A stretch of DNA of 64,000 nt from Nageia nagi (GCA_050084985.1 JBITNC010000002.1:32488001-32552000), one strand, 5' to 3'. Numbered from the stretch's first letter, positions 1 to 13,239 are shown. The notes: a model not told the origin generated them from the letters alone. Made by a program: numbers and translations.

Positions 1-20
1 AAAAATGAAAGATGACTTAT

Positions 21-465
21 ATATACAAAACAAGCTTCCTATCACGTACTCACTTCAGCATGCATAGACAAACTAGAGTCTTGTCATGCAACTGCCATAA
101 ATAGCAAATAGTATGGAGATAAACACAAGTGAAGTTTTGATATACAACATCACTGTCTCAAACTTGTATATACAAAATAAGCTTCCTATCACATACTTGC
201 TTCAGCATGCGGAGACAAACTAGAGTCTTGTCATGCAACTGCCATAAATAGCACATAGTATGGAGATTAAAACAAGTGAAGTTTTGATATACAACATCAC
301 TATCTTAAAATTGTATACATCAAATAAGCTTACCATCACATACTCGCTTTGGTATGCAGAGACAAACTAGAGTCTTATCATGCAACTATCATAAATAGCA
401 CATAGTATGGAGATTGACACACATGTAGTTTTGATGTATTACAATATCATTTTCAGAACGTATCA
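21..465. repeat. Tandem array, 3 copies of a 147-bp unit in a retroelement 3' UTR
   Basis: The anchor GCTT(C/A)C(T/C)ATCAC starts at 34, 181 and 328 (period 147). AGACAAACTAGAGTCTT and TAGTATGGAGAT also recur in each unit. Confidence 0.92.
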
Positions 466-1071
466 ATTGCAAAAGTCAAAAAATCATATTCATCCATGGC
501 AAGGGCTATCCTCATGACAACACCAGATGATGAAATATGTATAAATAACAAGTTTTGATTTAGAGAAGCTATAATTATATCCTACTAAAAGATCTTAAGC
601 TTTATACAAAAAAAGATTTTGATGATATTTCTTAAAATATCATTAATATTTACAAATATCAAAGGAGATAAAATGTGATGTATCATTGTTACAGAAGATC
701 ATCTTGAAACCTCGTTATCGAGACAAAGGACAACACCATCAAACTCATATACTAAAGAGGACTTATATGGTACATGTGCACTTAGACATACAAAATGACA
801 TAATAGAAATGTCATGCAACTGTCACACAAGCTCGACACATTATCATATCGAAAATAGTCACTTCTAAAGTATATTCAAATTTGTTTTCAAAACTACATC
901 AAATGTAAAATGAAAACACATTTTATCATAATTTGATAAATCAAAATTTTGATTCATCTAAGAAATTGAGTCAAAACTTATATCATAAAAAAGCAACAAT
1001 AAATAATCAAGCAACAAAGCTTCTCATACTATATTTTTGAAATCATCAACCGTATTTTCGGTTGATAATTC

Positions 1072-1085
1072 AAAAAGGGGCAAAA
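1072..1085 (+). other. Polypurine tract preceding LTR-A
   Basis: AAAAAGGGGCAAAA lies immediately before TGTAGACACC at 1086. Confidence 0.75.
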
Positions 1086-1974
1086 TGTAGACACCTAAAA
1101 ATGTCCCTTTTTAACTAGTAAACATTGAACTAATCATAACTCTTTATATAAGCCTCAAAAAAGCTTGAAAACTCCATTATTGGATAGCTCTCATCGATTA
1201 CATGCAAAATGAGTGGTGACATGACCCCTTTTCGATATAAATTGACTATTTGGTGATCATTTTAATATTGTTATAAAAATTGAAAACCAGTCACCGACGA
1301 CCCAAAACAAATGTCGGCATTTTGGGATGGTCACCGACGACCCAAAACAAATGTCGGCATTTTGGGATGGTCACCGATGTCCACCTAGTAATCATTGGTG
1401 ACTCTGTAACAGCTGAACAAGAAGCCAAAATAGTGAGAGAAAGTTGAAATGTTTCAACTTTCCAGATGATGTGGATAGAGGGGGTCAGTTACGACCTACG
1501 GGGGCTTTTCACTTCCCCTTACCAACCTTGGAACGTCTCACCCAAAATTTATAAATACAAGCCAATACAAAGCAATAGAGAAGAGGATCTTGGCCCAATT
1601 TTGAAGTAGGGTAATGCTGCCAAAATCTTGTGAGCTCATACCTTTTATCATTTTATTCTAGCTTCAATTTAATACATGTCATACATAGATGCTTTGATGT
1701 TATTGTCTTTTGCATGTGTGTAGGATTTACAGGTTGTTCATATCAAGGAGAGAAGCAAACAAATCAAAAACAATGGAGATCTAATACTCTTATTTTAGCA
1801 AATGGCATTTGTAAAAGTCCCTTCCAAGGGCAAATTATAGTTTGAGCTGAAAATCAATATCTATTTACAATTACAACATTTTTACCTATTTCACATAATT
1901 TGAGGTTCAGTGAAGATTGAAGAATAATTGTATTTCATGTTATCCTACATTCCAGCTCTATTTTCACTGCAACA
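1086..1974 (+). mobile_element. 3' LTR (family A) of a gypsy-like element whose body extends left of the window; inserted into the SIRE 5' LTR
   Basis: Termini TGTAGACACC...CACTGCAACA, upstream PPT, TATAAATA near 1550. Colinear with the reverse complement of 61146-62014. Sequence after 1974 switches to SIRE LTR homology (matches ~21565). Confidence 0.88.
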
Positions 1975-3998
1975 GTGTTGATGCTCAATTGAAGTTGTAG
2001 GTGACTTATGTGAATTTGCAAAGGTTGTAAACATCATCAAAAAGTTACTAAAGTTGTCAAAAAGTTGTAAAACTTGCAAAAGTTATCAATAATTTATTCA
2101 AAGCATGTTTAGATATGTTCAATGCTTGTATAATCATGTTCAATACTTAGATGAAGTTGTTGCAACATGTTCTTGCAAAATTTCAAAAGTTCTAAAAATG
2201 ATAAATTGTAAAAATTATCAAAGGTGCCAAAATCATCAAAGTTAAAAAATTCCAAAGAACTATGTTGGATAGCCTAAAATGATATGTTTAAGCTTATTAT
2301 ATGAAAAAAGTGTATTTGTAATGTAGGAACAATCGATTTCCATGTCGGTGTGTCATTGGGCAATTTTGCACTTTTTGGGACAATTGAAAAATCTATGCTA
2401 GAGGATAATTTGCAAGTGAAATATTAAGAAATATACAAAAATTTAGATCCTAAAATTTTTATTGAAGGTATTAAGATATACTGAGAGCTTAAATTTTAAA
2501 TTTCAACCAAAAGAGAGTTTGGATACAAAAATAGTGAACATTATAAAATGGGTTTGGAGCACTTTTTCCAATTTTGGACTCTTATTTTTTATGACAATTT
2601 TACTTTAGGGTGTGTTTGGACATGATGAATCAATGTTATGCTTATTTTCATGTATTTAAATAGTTTATAATATTATTGGAGGTATCAAATCAATGTTCAA
2701 TTTGATAAGTGACATCATCGATACTTGTTCCAATGCTATTGTACTTTTTGTGAAAAGTGAAAAATATACTTCGATAACCTTCGAAAAGGTGAAATATTTT
2801 AAAATAATATATGAGATAGGATTTGAAAGTTTATAAATTGTAGTATGAACTATGATAAACATATGGTTTAAATTTTAGCTCAAACAGAGACATGAGTGAG
2901 AAACGATGTGAGTTACAAAAAGTTGGTAATGTTTTTGGTCAAATTCAACTCTTTTTATTTTAGAATTGGTTATTTGAGTTTTTTCTCATGTTGATCCCAT
3001 CAAGACAAATATTTTTTCTTTTATATGCATATTTTTTTGAGGCCAAAAAGTATGAGAATGAGTAAGTAGTCAAAAGTTTGCCTACCAAGTGTTTGACAAA
3101 ATGTCTCCTAGAAAAATCAGCCTCCATGAATGGTTTCCTTTAATTGTGATAGTAGTGAAATTGGGAACCTCAAAATTCCAATGTAGTGTGAATTATAGAA
3201 AGTTGGATTTACAAGTATGCAATTGTGAAAAATATTTTTGCATCAATATTTGACATGTGAGAATATAGGAGTTATATTTGATAGGTGGTATGTGAGAATA
3301 TGAGAGTTATAAAAGTAGTTACAATTGGTAGGTGGTATATGAGAATATCAAAGTTGCAAAATAAGGAATTATAATTGATAGGTAAAATATGAGAATATTG
3401 TGTCATTAAGGAGTTAAAAAAAAGGGAGTTACCAAAGGATTTATAAAAATAAAAAGACAATTATAAAAGAGTGTTTCTTGGAGAATTCGATTAGAGCTAT
3501 TATTATTTTTGGAATAAAGAGAGAGTGTTGTGTATGTAGTAAAATTGTGGATATGTCAAAAGATTTTTTTGTTGTGAGAACATCACTGTGGTTGTGATTG
3601 TTAGGGTGAAGTAAAGAAGAATTTGTTCTAGATTACTTAGGGTATTTGGAATAGAAAAATTTTCTACTACAGCTTGGTGAGTTCGTTGAGTCAGTGCTTG
3701 GTGATAGGGATTGATGCTCCTTGCAGTTGATGCTACAAATTTTGGGTTAGTTGGTGCTACTACCCATAGTGGGTGCTACAAAAATATTGTAAGACTAATT
3801 CATTTTATGGCTAGATTTGGATGGGAGTTTAAATAGTCCTTTGGTGCAGTGGTTTTTCCCATATTAGGTTTTCACTAAAAATCTTATGTTGTGTGATGCT
3901 TATTTATGTATTTGCTTATTCTATTTGATTTTGATTTTATTTTAAAATTTTAGTTCACATTGATTCAACCCCCTCTCAGTGTCATGCATAGTTCAACA
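1975..3998 (+). repeat. SIRE 5' LTR (first ~105 bp displaced by the family A insertion)
   Basis: Aligns to 21565-23354, ends GTTCAACA, followed by the PBS. Confidence 0.87.
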
Positions 3999-4062
3999 AG
4001 TGGTGTTAGGGCAAGGCTCTTGTATAGGCGTAATTGACTCAGGAGATCTTGGAGGTGATACT

Positions 4063-5571
4063 ATGATCAGTGGTGAAGGTTTCTTAATGAACAAAATACT
4101 ATTATTTGATGGAAAAAATTATACCTTTTGTATAATCAGGATGGAAACTTATCTTTTTCTTTGGGATACAATGTATGTGATGTAGTTAAAAATGGATACA
4201 TGGTGCCTTCAACTCCATTTGATGATGCAAAAAAAATATTTGAGTATGATACTAGAGAAAAGAATGCACTTATGTGTAGTTTAGTTGATATTTAACTTAT
4301 AATTTAGTGATGGGATGTAATATAACAAAATAAATCTAAGATAAGCTGAAAAGCATTCATGAAGGTGATGATAAGGTTAAATAAGAAAAGTTGTAGACAC
4401 ATCAAGCTCAGTTTGAAGGACTCAAGATGAATAAGGATGACAATATAGAGGATAACATGTTGAGTGTTAATGAAGTTATCAATGCAATTAGATGACTTGG
4501 AGAAGAAATTAAAGATTTAGTTATCATAAAAAAGGTATTAAGATCTCTTCCTCCTAGATTTGATTCTAAAGTCTTAGCTATGGAAGAAACTAAAGATTTG
4601 AATAGTTTTAGTATGGATTAAATGCATGGTTCATTAACTGCATATGAAATAAGAATTAGAGAAATAAAGGTCACAGATAGAGAAGCAACATTTAAAGCAA
4701 ATAAAAAAGAAAAATAAAAATAAAATTTAGAAGAATGAGAACTCTTCAATGATGTGGAAGCAAACTTTGTTCACAAATTAAAAAAAGGTAAGAAAAAATA
4801 TAAACAAAAATTATCATTTAAATATTTCAATTATAGAGACATTGGATATTTTGTAGCTAAGCATATTTAAAAGAAAAATAACAATAATGACGAAGAGTCA
4901 CACAAAGAAAGAAGTAATAGAAAGAAGTTTAACTTCAAAAGGAACAAGTTAAAGAAGAAGAGCTTCATATAAAAAAATTCAAGTTCATTAGATGATAGTT
5001 CTAGTGGGGAGTGTGAGGAAGAATGCAATGAGGCATTGTTTATGGAATTTGAAGATAAAAAATTGAAAGAATAAGTAGATAAGGAAAAATAATAAGAGAT
5101 ATATGAAGAAGAAAGTAAAACAAAAGTTTATCTAGAAGACAAACTAATTACAACCTTAGATGAATTGCAAAAAGAAAGGAAGAGGCATAAAAAGACATAA
5201 AAAAAAGCTTGATGATTTAAATGATATTACAATAAGTATAAAACTAAAATTTAAGGAATCCAAAAATATATATGAAAATTTGGAGGTTCAACTTACTATG
5301 AAAGTTGAGAATTTTAGTAAACTAGAAGAGGAGATAGTTGGAAGAAATGACTCAAAGAATTAGTGCATATCAAGCTCTTAAGGGTAGTTTCATAAAGCTA
5401 AGAGAAATAATAAAAAATTTAGTAAAATTATTCAATCAAGTTTGGATTGGGTTTTGATAAAGGATAATCATAAAATACAATAGAGGTTGAGAAAATAAAA
5501 GTTTTCGAAAAAGAAGAAAAGAAAATAGTGAAAGAGGATGCAAGGTGAGAGAGGAATATTGATGATGATGG
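4063..5571 (+). pseudogene. gag: SIRE gag, 5' part (gag N-terminus, UBN2-like region, decayed CCHC knuckle, coiled-coil)
   Basis: LLFDGKNYTFCIIRMETYL at the start, KKVLRSLPPRFDSKV near 4530, KYFNYRDIGYF (decayed knuckle) near 4820. Many stops and frameshifts. Confidence 0.82.
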
Positions 5572-6182
5572 TGTTGATGGAAAATGCACAACATAGCACT
5601 CAAAGTAATATAATCAAAATATATCATGAACAGGCTAACACAATAACTTGCTTTCCAAAGTAGGCTAGTTCCTTATTTATTAGGGTAGATGAAAAGAGAA
5701 AATAACAAGAAAGAAACAAAAGAGGATTGAGTGCAAGAAATGAAACAAAAGAGATAGGGAGCAAGAGTAAAGCAAAAGGGGTAGATCACTTAGCCACCAT
5801 GGAACTTTTAACACTACCTACCAATGTCATTACTACTAAGGTCCAATTTTAGAAGAACCTCTATTCTATTGACATCATTGCTTCTAGGGTCCAATTTTAG
5901 AAGAGCCTCTACTTTGTTGACATCACTTCTTTTATGCCTTAGAATACCTAGCCATCGTAGAACTTTTAACACTACCTAATAACATCATTACTCCTAGGGT
6001 TAAATTTTAGAAGAACCTATATTCTTCTAACATCATTACTTTTATACTCCAAAAAATACCATACTTAGTATATTTTCCCATAAAAACTATTTGAAAGTTT
6101 GCTGAAACACTCATCTTATAGATAAGTAAGGATAATATGTGCTGAGAAGCCACTAGGGTGTTGGACTATGTATGTATATACA
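5572..6182 (-). repeat. Tat 3' LTR, internally deleted (611 bp)
   Basis: TGTTGATGG...GTATATACA. Matches 16149-16367 joined to 17342-17732. Contains ~48-bp subrepeats (TAGGGTCCAATTTTAGAAGAACCTCTA). Confidence 0.9.
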
Positions 6183-6506
6183 TTTTGGTGACATCTATGG
6201 AAAATTTCACTTTTCATATAAGACATTTTGGACCCAATGTAAAACTTTGAAAAAAAAAAGGAGAGAGAGACCAAGCTTCAATTATGTAGATAGGAGCTAC
6301 TGAACCTTTCCCCAATTCACATGTGCCATAGAGAAGTCTTTTAACCTTGATTGAACTAAAGCTATAGTGTTCAAAACATCATAAGATGTTTTCCCATGTT
6401 TTTGCAATAATTACCATAAGCTAACCCCAACTTATGCCCAAGAATCAAAGAGTTTTAACAAATTTACCTCATCAAAAAAAGATAGCAGTGCTTCTACATC
6501 ATCAGC

Positions 6507-9500
6507 CTAACTACTAATTTTTTGAATATTTTCCAAGAATTTCAATTTAGGGATCAATGAGTCATCAATCCTCCATAGTTTTAGAAATTTGAATGTGGAT
6601 AATTTTTTCAGTTCTACCTTCAAGGTCTCTTTTTCTTGCACTTGATTTAACACACTATTTCTAATCTCTTGACAAACCCATTTTCCTTGCACTGGGTAAT
6701 TAATTATTGCCATGAGTTCCACTCGATCTCCAATATTTAGGGCTTGTAAATCTTCATTAGAAATTTCATTTAGTTTCTTGTTTGCCCTCTTAGATTCCTC
6801 TAATATAGAAAAGATAATACTCTCACTCCTATTGACATCTACTTCAAGCCATTTCAATTTTAGCAAACACATCTCCACATGGTCCCTGATTTCATAGGAC
6901 CTCTGTTCCCAAAATTTTGCCTTTATAGCTAATAAGAAATTTCTATCCATTTTCTACTCACTCATGCTCTATTGCAATTAAGCTATATTGGCACTTAGGC
7001 TATCAATGATTGAATCTTTCGATGCAACTTCAACCATCTTTGTGGCTATTTGTGCATCCTTTTCAGTAATAATAGCATCCTTTTTATTCATGCTATCAAT
7101 AGTAGGAGTGGAAGCTAAACTTATTCTCAAAATAGCAACATCATTATTGATAGATTTCAACTTGATACTTTGTGTAGCCAAGTACTTCTTTATTACTTCA
7201 TGACCCTTTTGAAGCTTATTGTACTTGGTTTCCAACTTGGTTAACTTTGATATGTTTAGGTCTATAGCAATTTTCAAGAGTTCATTCTTATCACTCTGAG
7301 GAATGATTCTCATGTCTATTTTCACATGGGTGTTCAAGGAAGTCAAATCACTTTGTCCCTCTTGGAGGTATTGGGCTATGGCCATCTCTAGCACTTCATT
7401 TTTTATCTACAGAGGTCCAAAGCCTTACTAGATTATCCAATGTTTGGATCTTCTTTAATTTCCTCTACATCCATTCCTCTTGATTGCTCTTCATTTGTTG
7501 GTATTGTTGCATAATACTATCAATAGACACATGCTACCTAGATATGGTGATAAAAAAATAACTAACACCCAAATCTTGGGGAAGGGAGGCCAAAACCTAT
7601 TTTGCTAGTGTCATAAGAATAGTGTGGCTAGGACTTGGGTCATTACTACTAATGGGATTTACTAAGAATGGTGGTGGTGATGGTGGGGGTGATGATATCA
7701 GTGAGAGGAGTAACAAGGGAAATAAATATGGAATGAGTTGGATCATGCCATTGAGAAGGTGTAGGTAATAATGGAATCAATTGTGTGGTGGGTGTTAGAG
7801 AGGTTGTTACAACTATATAAAGGGGGGAGAGAGTAGAGATGAGTGAGACAACTTGAATAGCAAGGGTATCTAAAAGAGAAGTAGAGGGAGGAGAGAAAGA
7901 GAGCATACCTATTGGAGTGGATGCCCTTCTCTTCTTCTTTGGTGAAAGGTGGACCTTCTAAGCTTTCCTCTTTACTATATAAACTTCTTTCCCTTTCAAT
8001 GTCTCTTATACAGCTTGGGAGGTAGCCTCTCTAGATTCTTCTTTAGCTTGTTCTTCTAGGCTAGTCCTTTGGGCTTCTATTTGATCTTCTTCTTCTTCAT
8101 CATCATCACTTTTTGGATACTCTTTAGTAGGGTCCGCCTAAAGGGTGCTTCATTTTCCACATATATTTGAATACATCATCGAGGTTATACTAAAAAGGTG
8201 TGCATTTGTTCCTCAATTTGATTTGATATTGGTTAAATGTGTTGATTTTCTCCTCACTCCACTTAAACCTTCTCAATGTGTGGCCAAAGATTTTTTGGGA
8301 ATTAAGTCTATTATTGGACTAAAAGCTACCTTCTTTTCATAAAAACTCATTCATGGTGGTATTAGATCTTTAGCAATCAAGGACATAGGCATAGGTTTAT
8401 CTTTATTTCTTAGATTTCTCCATTGATATAACTTAGGTTTAGCTTCCAATCTAAATTTAGGAGGATTGGGCTAATTTTTCAACCTTTTTCCAAACAAATA
8501 TTTAGGATTTTATAACCTATACTAATTGATATTTTTCAATTTCAGCCTGAGCAACTTCTCCTTTAGTTGGTCACTTCCTCCTCAACTTTGAAGTACCAAG
8601 TCATGCACCTTATGGGGTAAAGCATAAATCAATCTCTTCTTAGCCACAACTCCATATTTAGCATCTACATAATTGATTTGCCATCCATACTCCATACTAA
8701 AGATCCAATCAATAACATGTATAGGAAATAAGAAAGGGGCACTATAAAACCATAAAGTTTGATGAATGTTCCTTATTCAATGAAGAACCAATCCCCAGTC
8801 TCACAATGAGGCATCCAAAGATACAATTTTGATGCTTCTGATAGCCTTGGAATTTTGGAAGGTAATAGCCTCATGGTTGAAACTAATAAATTTTCCACAA
8901 AGCCATAGTAATCAATTAATTACCTTAATTTCTCAATCCATTTATCTACATACTTGAGGGACCCATCTCTTTCTTGCCTAGTTAAGATCAACTTTTTGAT
9001 GAATCCCAAATTTTGATGGATTAACAATCAAACAATGTACGATGCAAATGCAAAGTGAGACCCTTGATAAATTTCTTCTAATTGTTATAAAATATTATTC
9101 AAAATAGCAAAATACCAATCATAAATGATAGGAGTATCTGGATGAGAGATTTGGTAAGCTATTATGAGTTTTGTTGGTGAAATATATTTATCTGACCTTT
9201 CCCTAGCTACTATTGACAACATGGATAACAACAATTATAAATGTGAGGAGAAACTAGATAGAAACACTTTTGAATTTGGAACTTCTAGGAAATTTACAAA
9301 TCCTTCTATATTTTTATTTAACTAAGAAGAGTTATTTTCCCTCAGGTTTGAGCTTGGTCTTATATCCCAATTTATCAACGTAGGGGGAGAAAATAGAGTA
9401 GGTAGATTAAAAGCACTTGCTAGAGATGTGGGGTCTAGGCTAAGAATTACCTTCCCCTACAAATCTCTTATGACCCTCATTGTAGGATCAAATGCCCCTT

Positions 9501-9876
9501 TTATCAACTTTATCAATTTTGGAATTGGGAAGCATCTATGGGGGATAAAAGACATGATCCCTGACCCCATTGGTGCATGACCAATATGATTATAACTAAA
9601 AATAGGACACATACCTTTTACAGTTCCCTTTGGATTCTTGTTTTGAGCCATTATTTTAGTATCCCATAACAAATCCATTGAATCAACAACCCTTTTAACT
9701 ACCTTTCCTGGAGTAGGCACCATACTTTTTCAAACTATGCTTCCAAGTATACTAGGCTCTGACTTAATGATTTTGAACAATGCTCTATATTCTTGGCTCT
9801 ACTAAAGGCTAGGAAATTAGATAACTACAACTCTTCAAAGGCTTTGGAGTTTTTATGTTTTAAAATTAATCACCAT
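6507..9876 (-). pseudogene. Decayed extra ORF downstream of pol, same sense; uncharacterised accessory protein
   Basis: Minus-strand ORF fragments 9457-9723, 7649-7906, 6978-7394 and 6507-6950. Protein-like text between them (DWYFAILNNIL*QLEEIYQGSHFAFASYIV; GDWFFIE), then a D/E run, KKKR, an S/T/P-rich tract and a heptad-like C-terminus. Confidence 0.7.
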
Positions 9877-10129
9877 GGCTTCTTTTATGCTTAAATTCCC
9901 ATGCTTTGCATTTGCATTGTTAGTTGTGCAATATAACTGCTATGTCATTTGCATTAATACTAATTTGATATTCTCAAACTTTTCTTGGGAACTTTGATTC
10001 CAATGATGCTAGAAATTCCTAGAGCTATTAATATTATTATTGATCAAAATGTATTGCTATTTGGGGGATTAAATGCAAAACATACCATATTTACAATATT
10101 TACAAGAGTAGTAGATTCTTATATAAAAG

Positions 10130-11300
10130 CAATATCCTGCCCATGTGGGCTTGTAGTGTTTCAAATACTACCCATTTACTAAAATTGGCAGCCTCCATTT
10201 ATTCAACTTGGCTATTTTGAATACATTTCTCCCAATGTGTTTGTCTATGATGTATGGTCTTGACCATAAAGATTTGAACTTATTATGCTTTTCAAGCTTG
10301 GCTCTATCTTTGTCCCATTTTAAGACAAGGTCTCCTTCTTTAAAGATGTTTGGAGAAGCTTTTTAGGTATTAAACCATGTCTTTACAACTTCATTTCTCT
10401 TTTGTAAATCTAGATACACCTTATTCCATGATTCTTACATGTGTAATAGTTCATTCATCTAAACTTGAGGTGGTTCAAATTCCTCATCGTACTCTTGAAG
10501 TATTGTTAAAGCAGGGAGCTCTATATGACTTGGTAATAAAGCCCTTTTTCCATATACCAATGCATATGGATTGAACTTAATAGCTGACTTTATAGCGATT
10601 CTATCTACCCATAATGCCCAATTTAGCTTCTCATGCCAAGTCTAGTGATTATCCTCTATATTCCTCTTGAGAATCCTTAACAAATTTTTATTTTTCAATT
10701 TAGCGAGTCCATTACCCTATAGATAGTAATTTGAGAAAGTTTTCTAGTAGATTTTGTATCTCATAGCAAAATTGATAATATATGTCCCTACAAATGCTAA
10801 CCCATTGTTAGAGATGATCATTTGAGGGATTCCATACCTAGTAATTAGCTTTTCAATGAATTTTAGAATAGTTTTCTTATTTACCTCTTTCACGGCTTCT
10901 ACTTTAGCCCATCTACTGAAATAGTCAATGGTAGTGAGGATGAATATGTGCTTGATAAAGTAATTTGGATTGATAATCCTAATAAATTCCAATCCCCACT
11001 ATTGGAATGGTTCTTTTACCTATATTGGTTCTAATAGTAAAACTACCTTTCTCTTCCTACCTATAAACCTTTGACATTTCTCACAACATTGAACCTTCGC
11101 AAAAGCATCTTTGAACATAGTGGGCCAATAATAACCTACTTGAATTATTTTACCCACCATTGTATAACTAGAATAATGACCTTCAGATACCCCAAAATGA
11201 AACTCTTTGATCAACTTTGTTATCTTAGATGAAGGTATACACCTCAGTAATATTCCATCATGATTCCTTCTATACAATACTTGGTCAATTTTTGTATAAT
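10130..11300 (-). pseudogene. pol: Tat integrase (zinc finger, core, C-terminal region)
   Basis: FHFGVSEGHYS...GYYWPTMFKDA...CEKCQ; TIDYFSRWAK...RYGIPQMIISNNG; KFKSLWSRPYII near 10260. Confidence 0.92.
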
Positions 11301-11449
11301 TTTGGGAATGGATTTTAAATCTTCTCCTCTAAGATATGTTCAAATGTTTAGGGAGTTTCTCTAATTGAAATTACTTATTTAATTGGCCTATCTTGTCACT
11401 TTCCTCCATACCTAGTTCCTCTTCTAGAATTACTTATTCAATGAAATAC

Positions 11450-12850
11450 ACACTATCTTTTACTTCTATGGCATCCCTAGCTAATTGTTCACAAAGGGCC
11501 TTTACCCTTATGAGCTTAGTATGTCTGATTTCCACATCATATCTTAAAATTTTAAAAATCCATCCAAGTCTCCCCCCCTTAATTTGTCCTTACATGATAT
11601 AAGATCTAACATCTAGACATATGGTCAAGACTAGGACTCTGCTTTGACTTATATAATGTTTACACTTTCTCAAAGACTTAAGTATTGCTAGGACTTGTTT
11701 TTCTAAGAAAGTGTACTTCTCTTCCCTCTTATTCATAGTTTGACTAAAAAAAGCAATAGGATATTCTTCATCATTTTGGAATTTTTTTGTTAGGATAACC
11801 ACAATACTCAGATTAGAACCATATGCATACAAAATGAACTCTTTGCTGAAATATTGGTTCCTTAAGATAGGCACCCTAGTTATTGTAAACTTGATTCTTT
11901 GAAATGCTTCTTTCCCTTCTTTAGTCCATTCAAACAGAGCATTTTTCTTTAACATGAGATTAATAGGCTTAACAATGCATGACAAATATTGAACAAATCT
12001 TCTTACAAAGTTAATCTATCCTAGAAGATATTGTAAGGCCTTTTTGTTTGAAGAGAAAGATAGTTTGTCTATTTCTTCTATCCTATTTGGATTGATAGCC
12101 CAACCTTGTTTTGAAATAACATGTATAAGAAGCTTTCCCTCATATACTACAAAAATAGACTTTTTTGGATTTAAGGAAATTTCATACCTTCTGCAATTGA
12201 TAAAAGCCTAGTCTAGATGTTGCACATAGGAACTTCTATTATGGAAGAAAATAGTGATATCATCCAAATATACTAGCATGCTTTTATTTACCATTTATTT
12301 GAAAGCATAGTCCATAGCTCTTTGAAAGGTTGCTCCTACATTTGATAATTCAAAAGGCATTATTTAGAAAGCAAATGTTCCCCATTTGGTTGTAAAAACC
12401 ATTTTGAACCTATCTTCACATTTTACCCAAACTTGGTTATACCCTGAAAAACCATCTAGTAATGAGAATCTTTCTGCTCCAACCATAGTATTCAATATTT
12501 GTTCCATAGGTAATAGAGGATAATGATATTTTAATAAGAATCTATTTAAACCTCTAAAATCCACACATAATTGGATCTCTCCATTTTTCTTTCTAACTAG
12601 AACTAAGTTTGCCATCCATGTAGAATGTTTAATAGGATATATGATACCAGCTTTATATAATTTCAAAACTTCTTATTTCATTGCCACTTTAATCTTGGGG
12701 TTTATTGGCCTTTGTTTCTATCTGATAGGCTTGGCATATTGAATCAATTCTATCGTATGCTAAATTATAGATTTATCAAAAACCTTTAGGTGATCATATG
12801 ACCAAGCAATTATATCAACAAAAACTCTACACAACTTAATAATCTCTTAG
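11450..12850 (-). pseudogene. pol: Tat reverse transcriptase and degenerate native RNase H
   Basis: WMANLVLVRKKNGEIQLCVDFRGLN; LLDGFSGYNQV; VYLDDITI at ~12255-12275; EYPIAFFSQ...YTFLEKQVLA. Confidence 0.93.
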
Positions 12851-13239
12851 ATCTGATCAAGGTAGTTACATATGGTGATTTTTAAAAAAAACATTAGGAA
12901 GAATTTCATACTCTTTATGATTATTGGGGTTTATAATTATACCATTTCTTTTTACCTAGTCATTTCTATCGAACAACCCTTCAAATGGGATTAGATATCT
13001 AGGAATTATATTGTCATTCAATTGGATTATATCTTATTCCTGGAAGATTCCAACATGTTCTTCTCCTACCACATGACACATAGACTACTATAATAAAAAC
13101 TAATTAATTTGAGCCTCATCTCTAAATACTTGCCAAAAGGAATTATTATTCAAAATAAAAGATCTAAAGATAAGTTGAACCCCCTTTTTTCAAAACCAAT
13201 CATTGGTGGGGTCAAAATTGGCTCCCATTTGGGCCAATG

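Noticed and set aside
7649-7906. Mucin-like S/T/P ORF as a host gene
   Set aside because: It lies within the TSD-bounded Tat element, in line with the other extra-ORF fragments.
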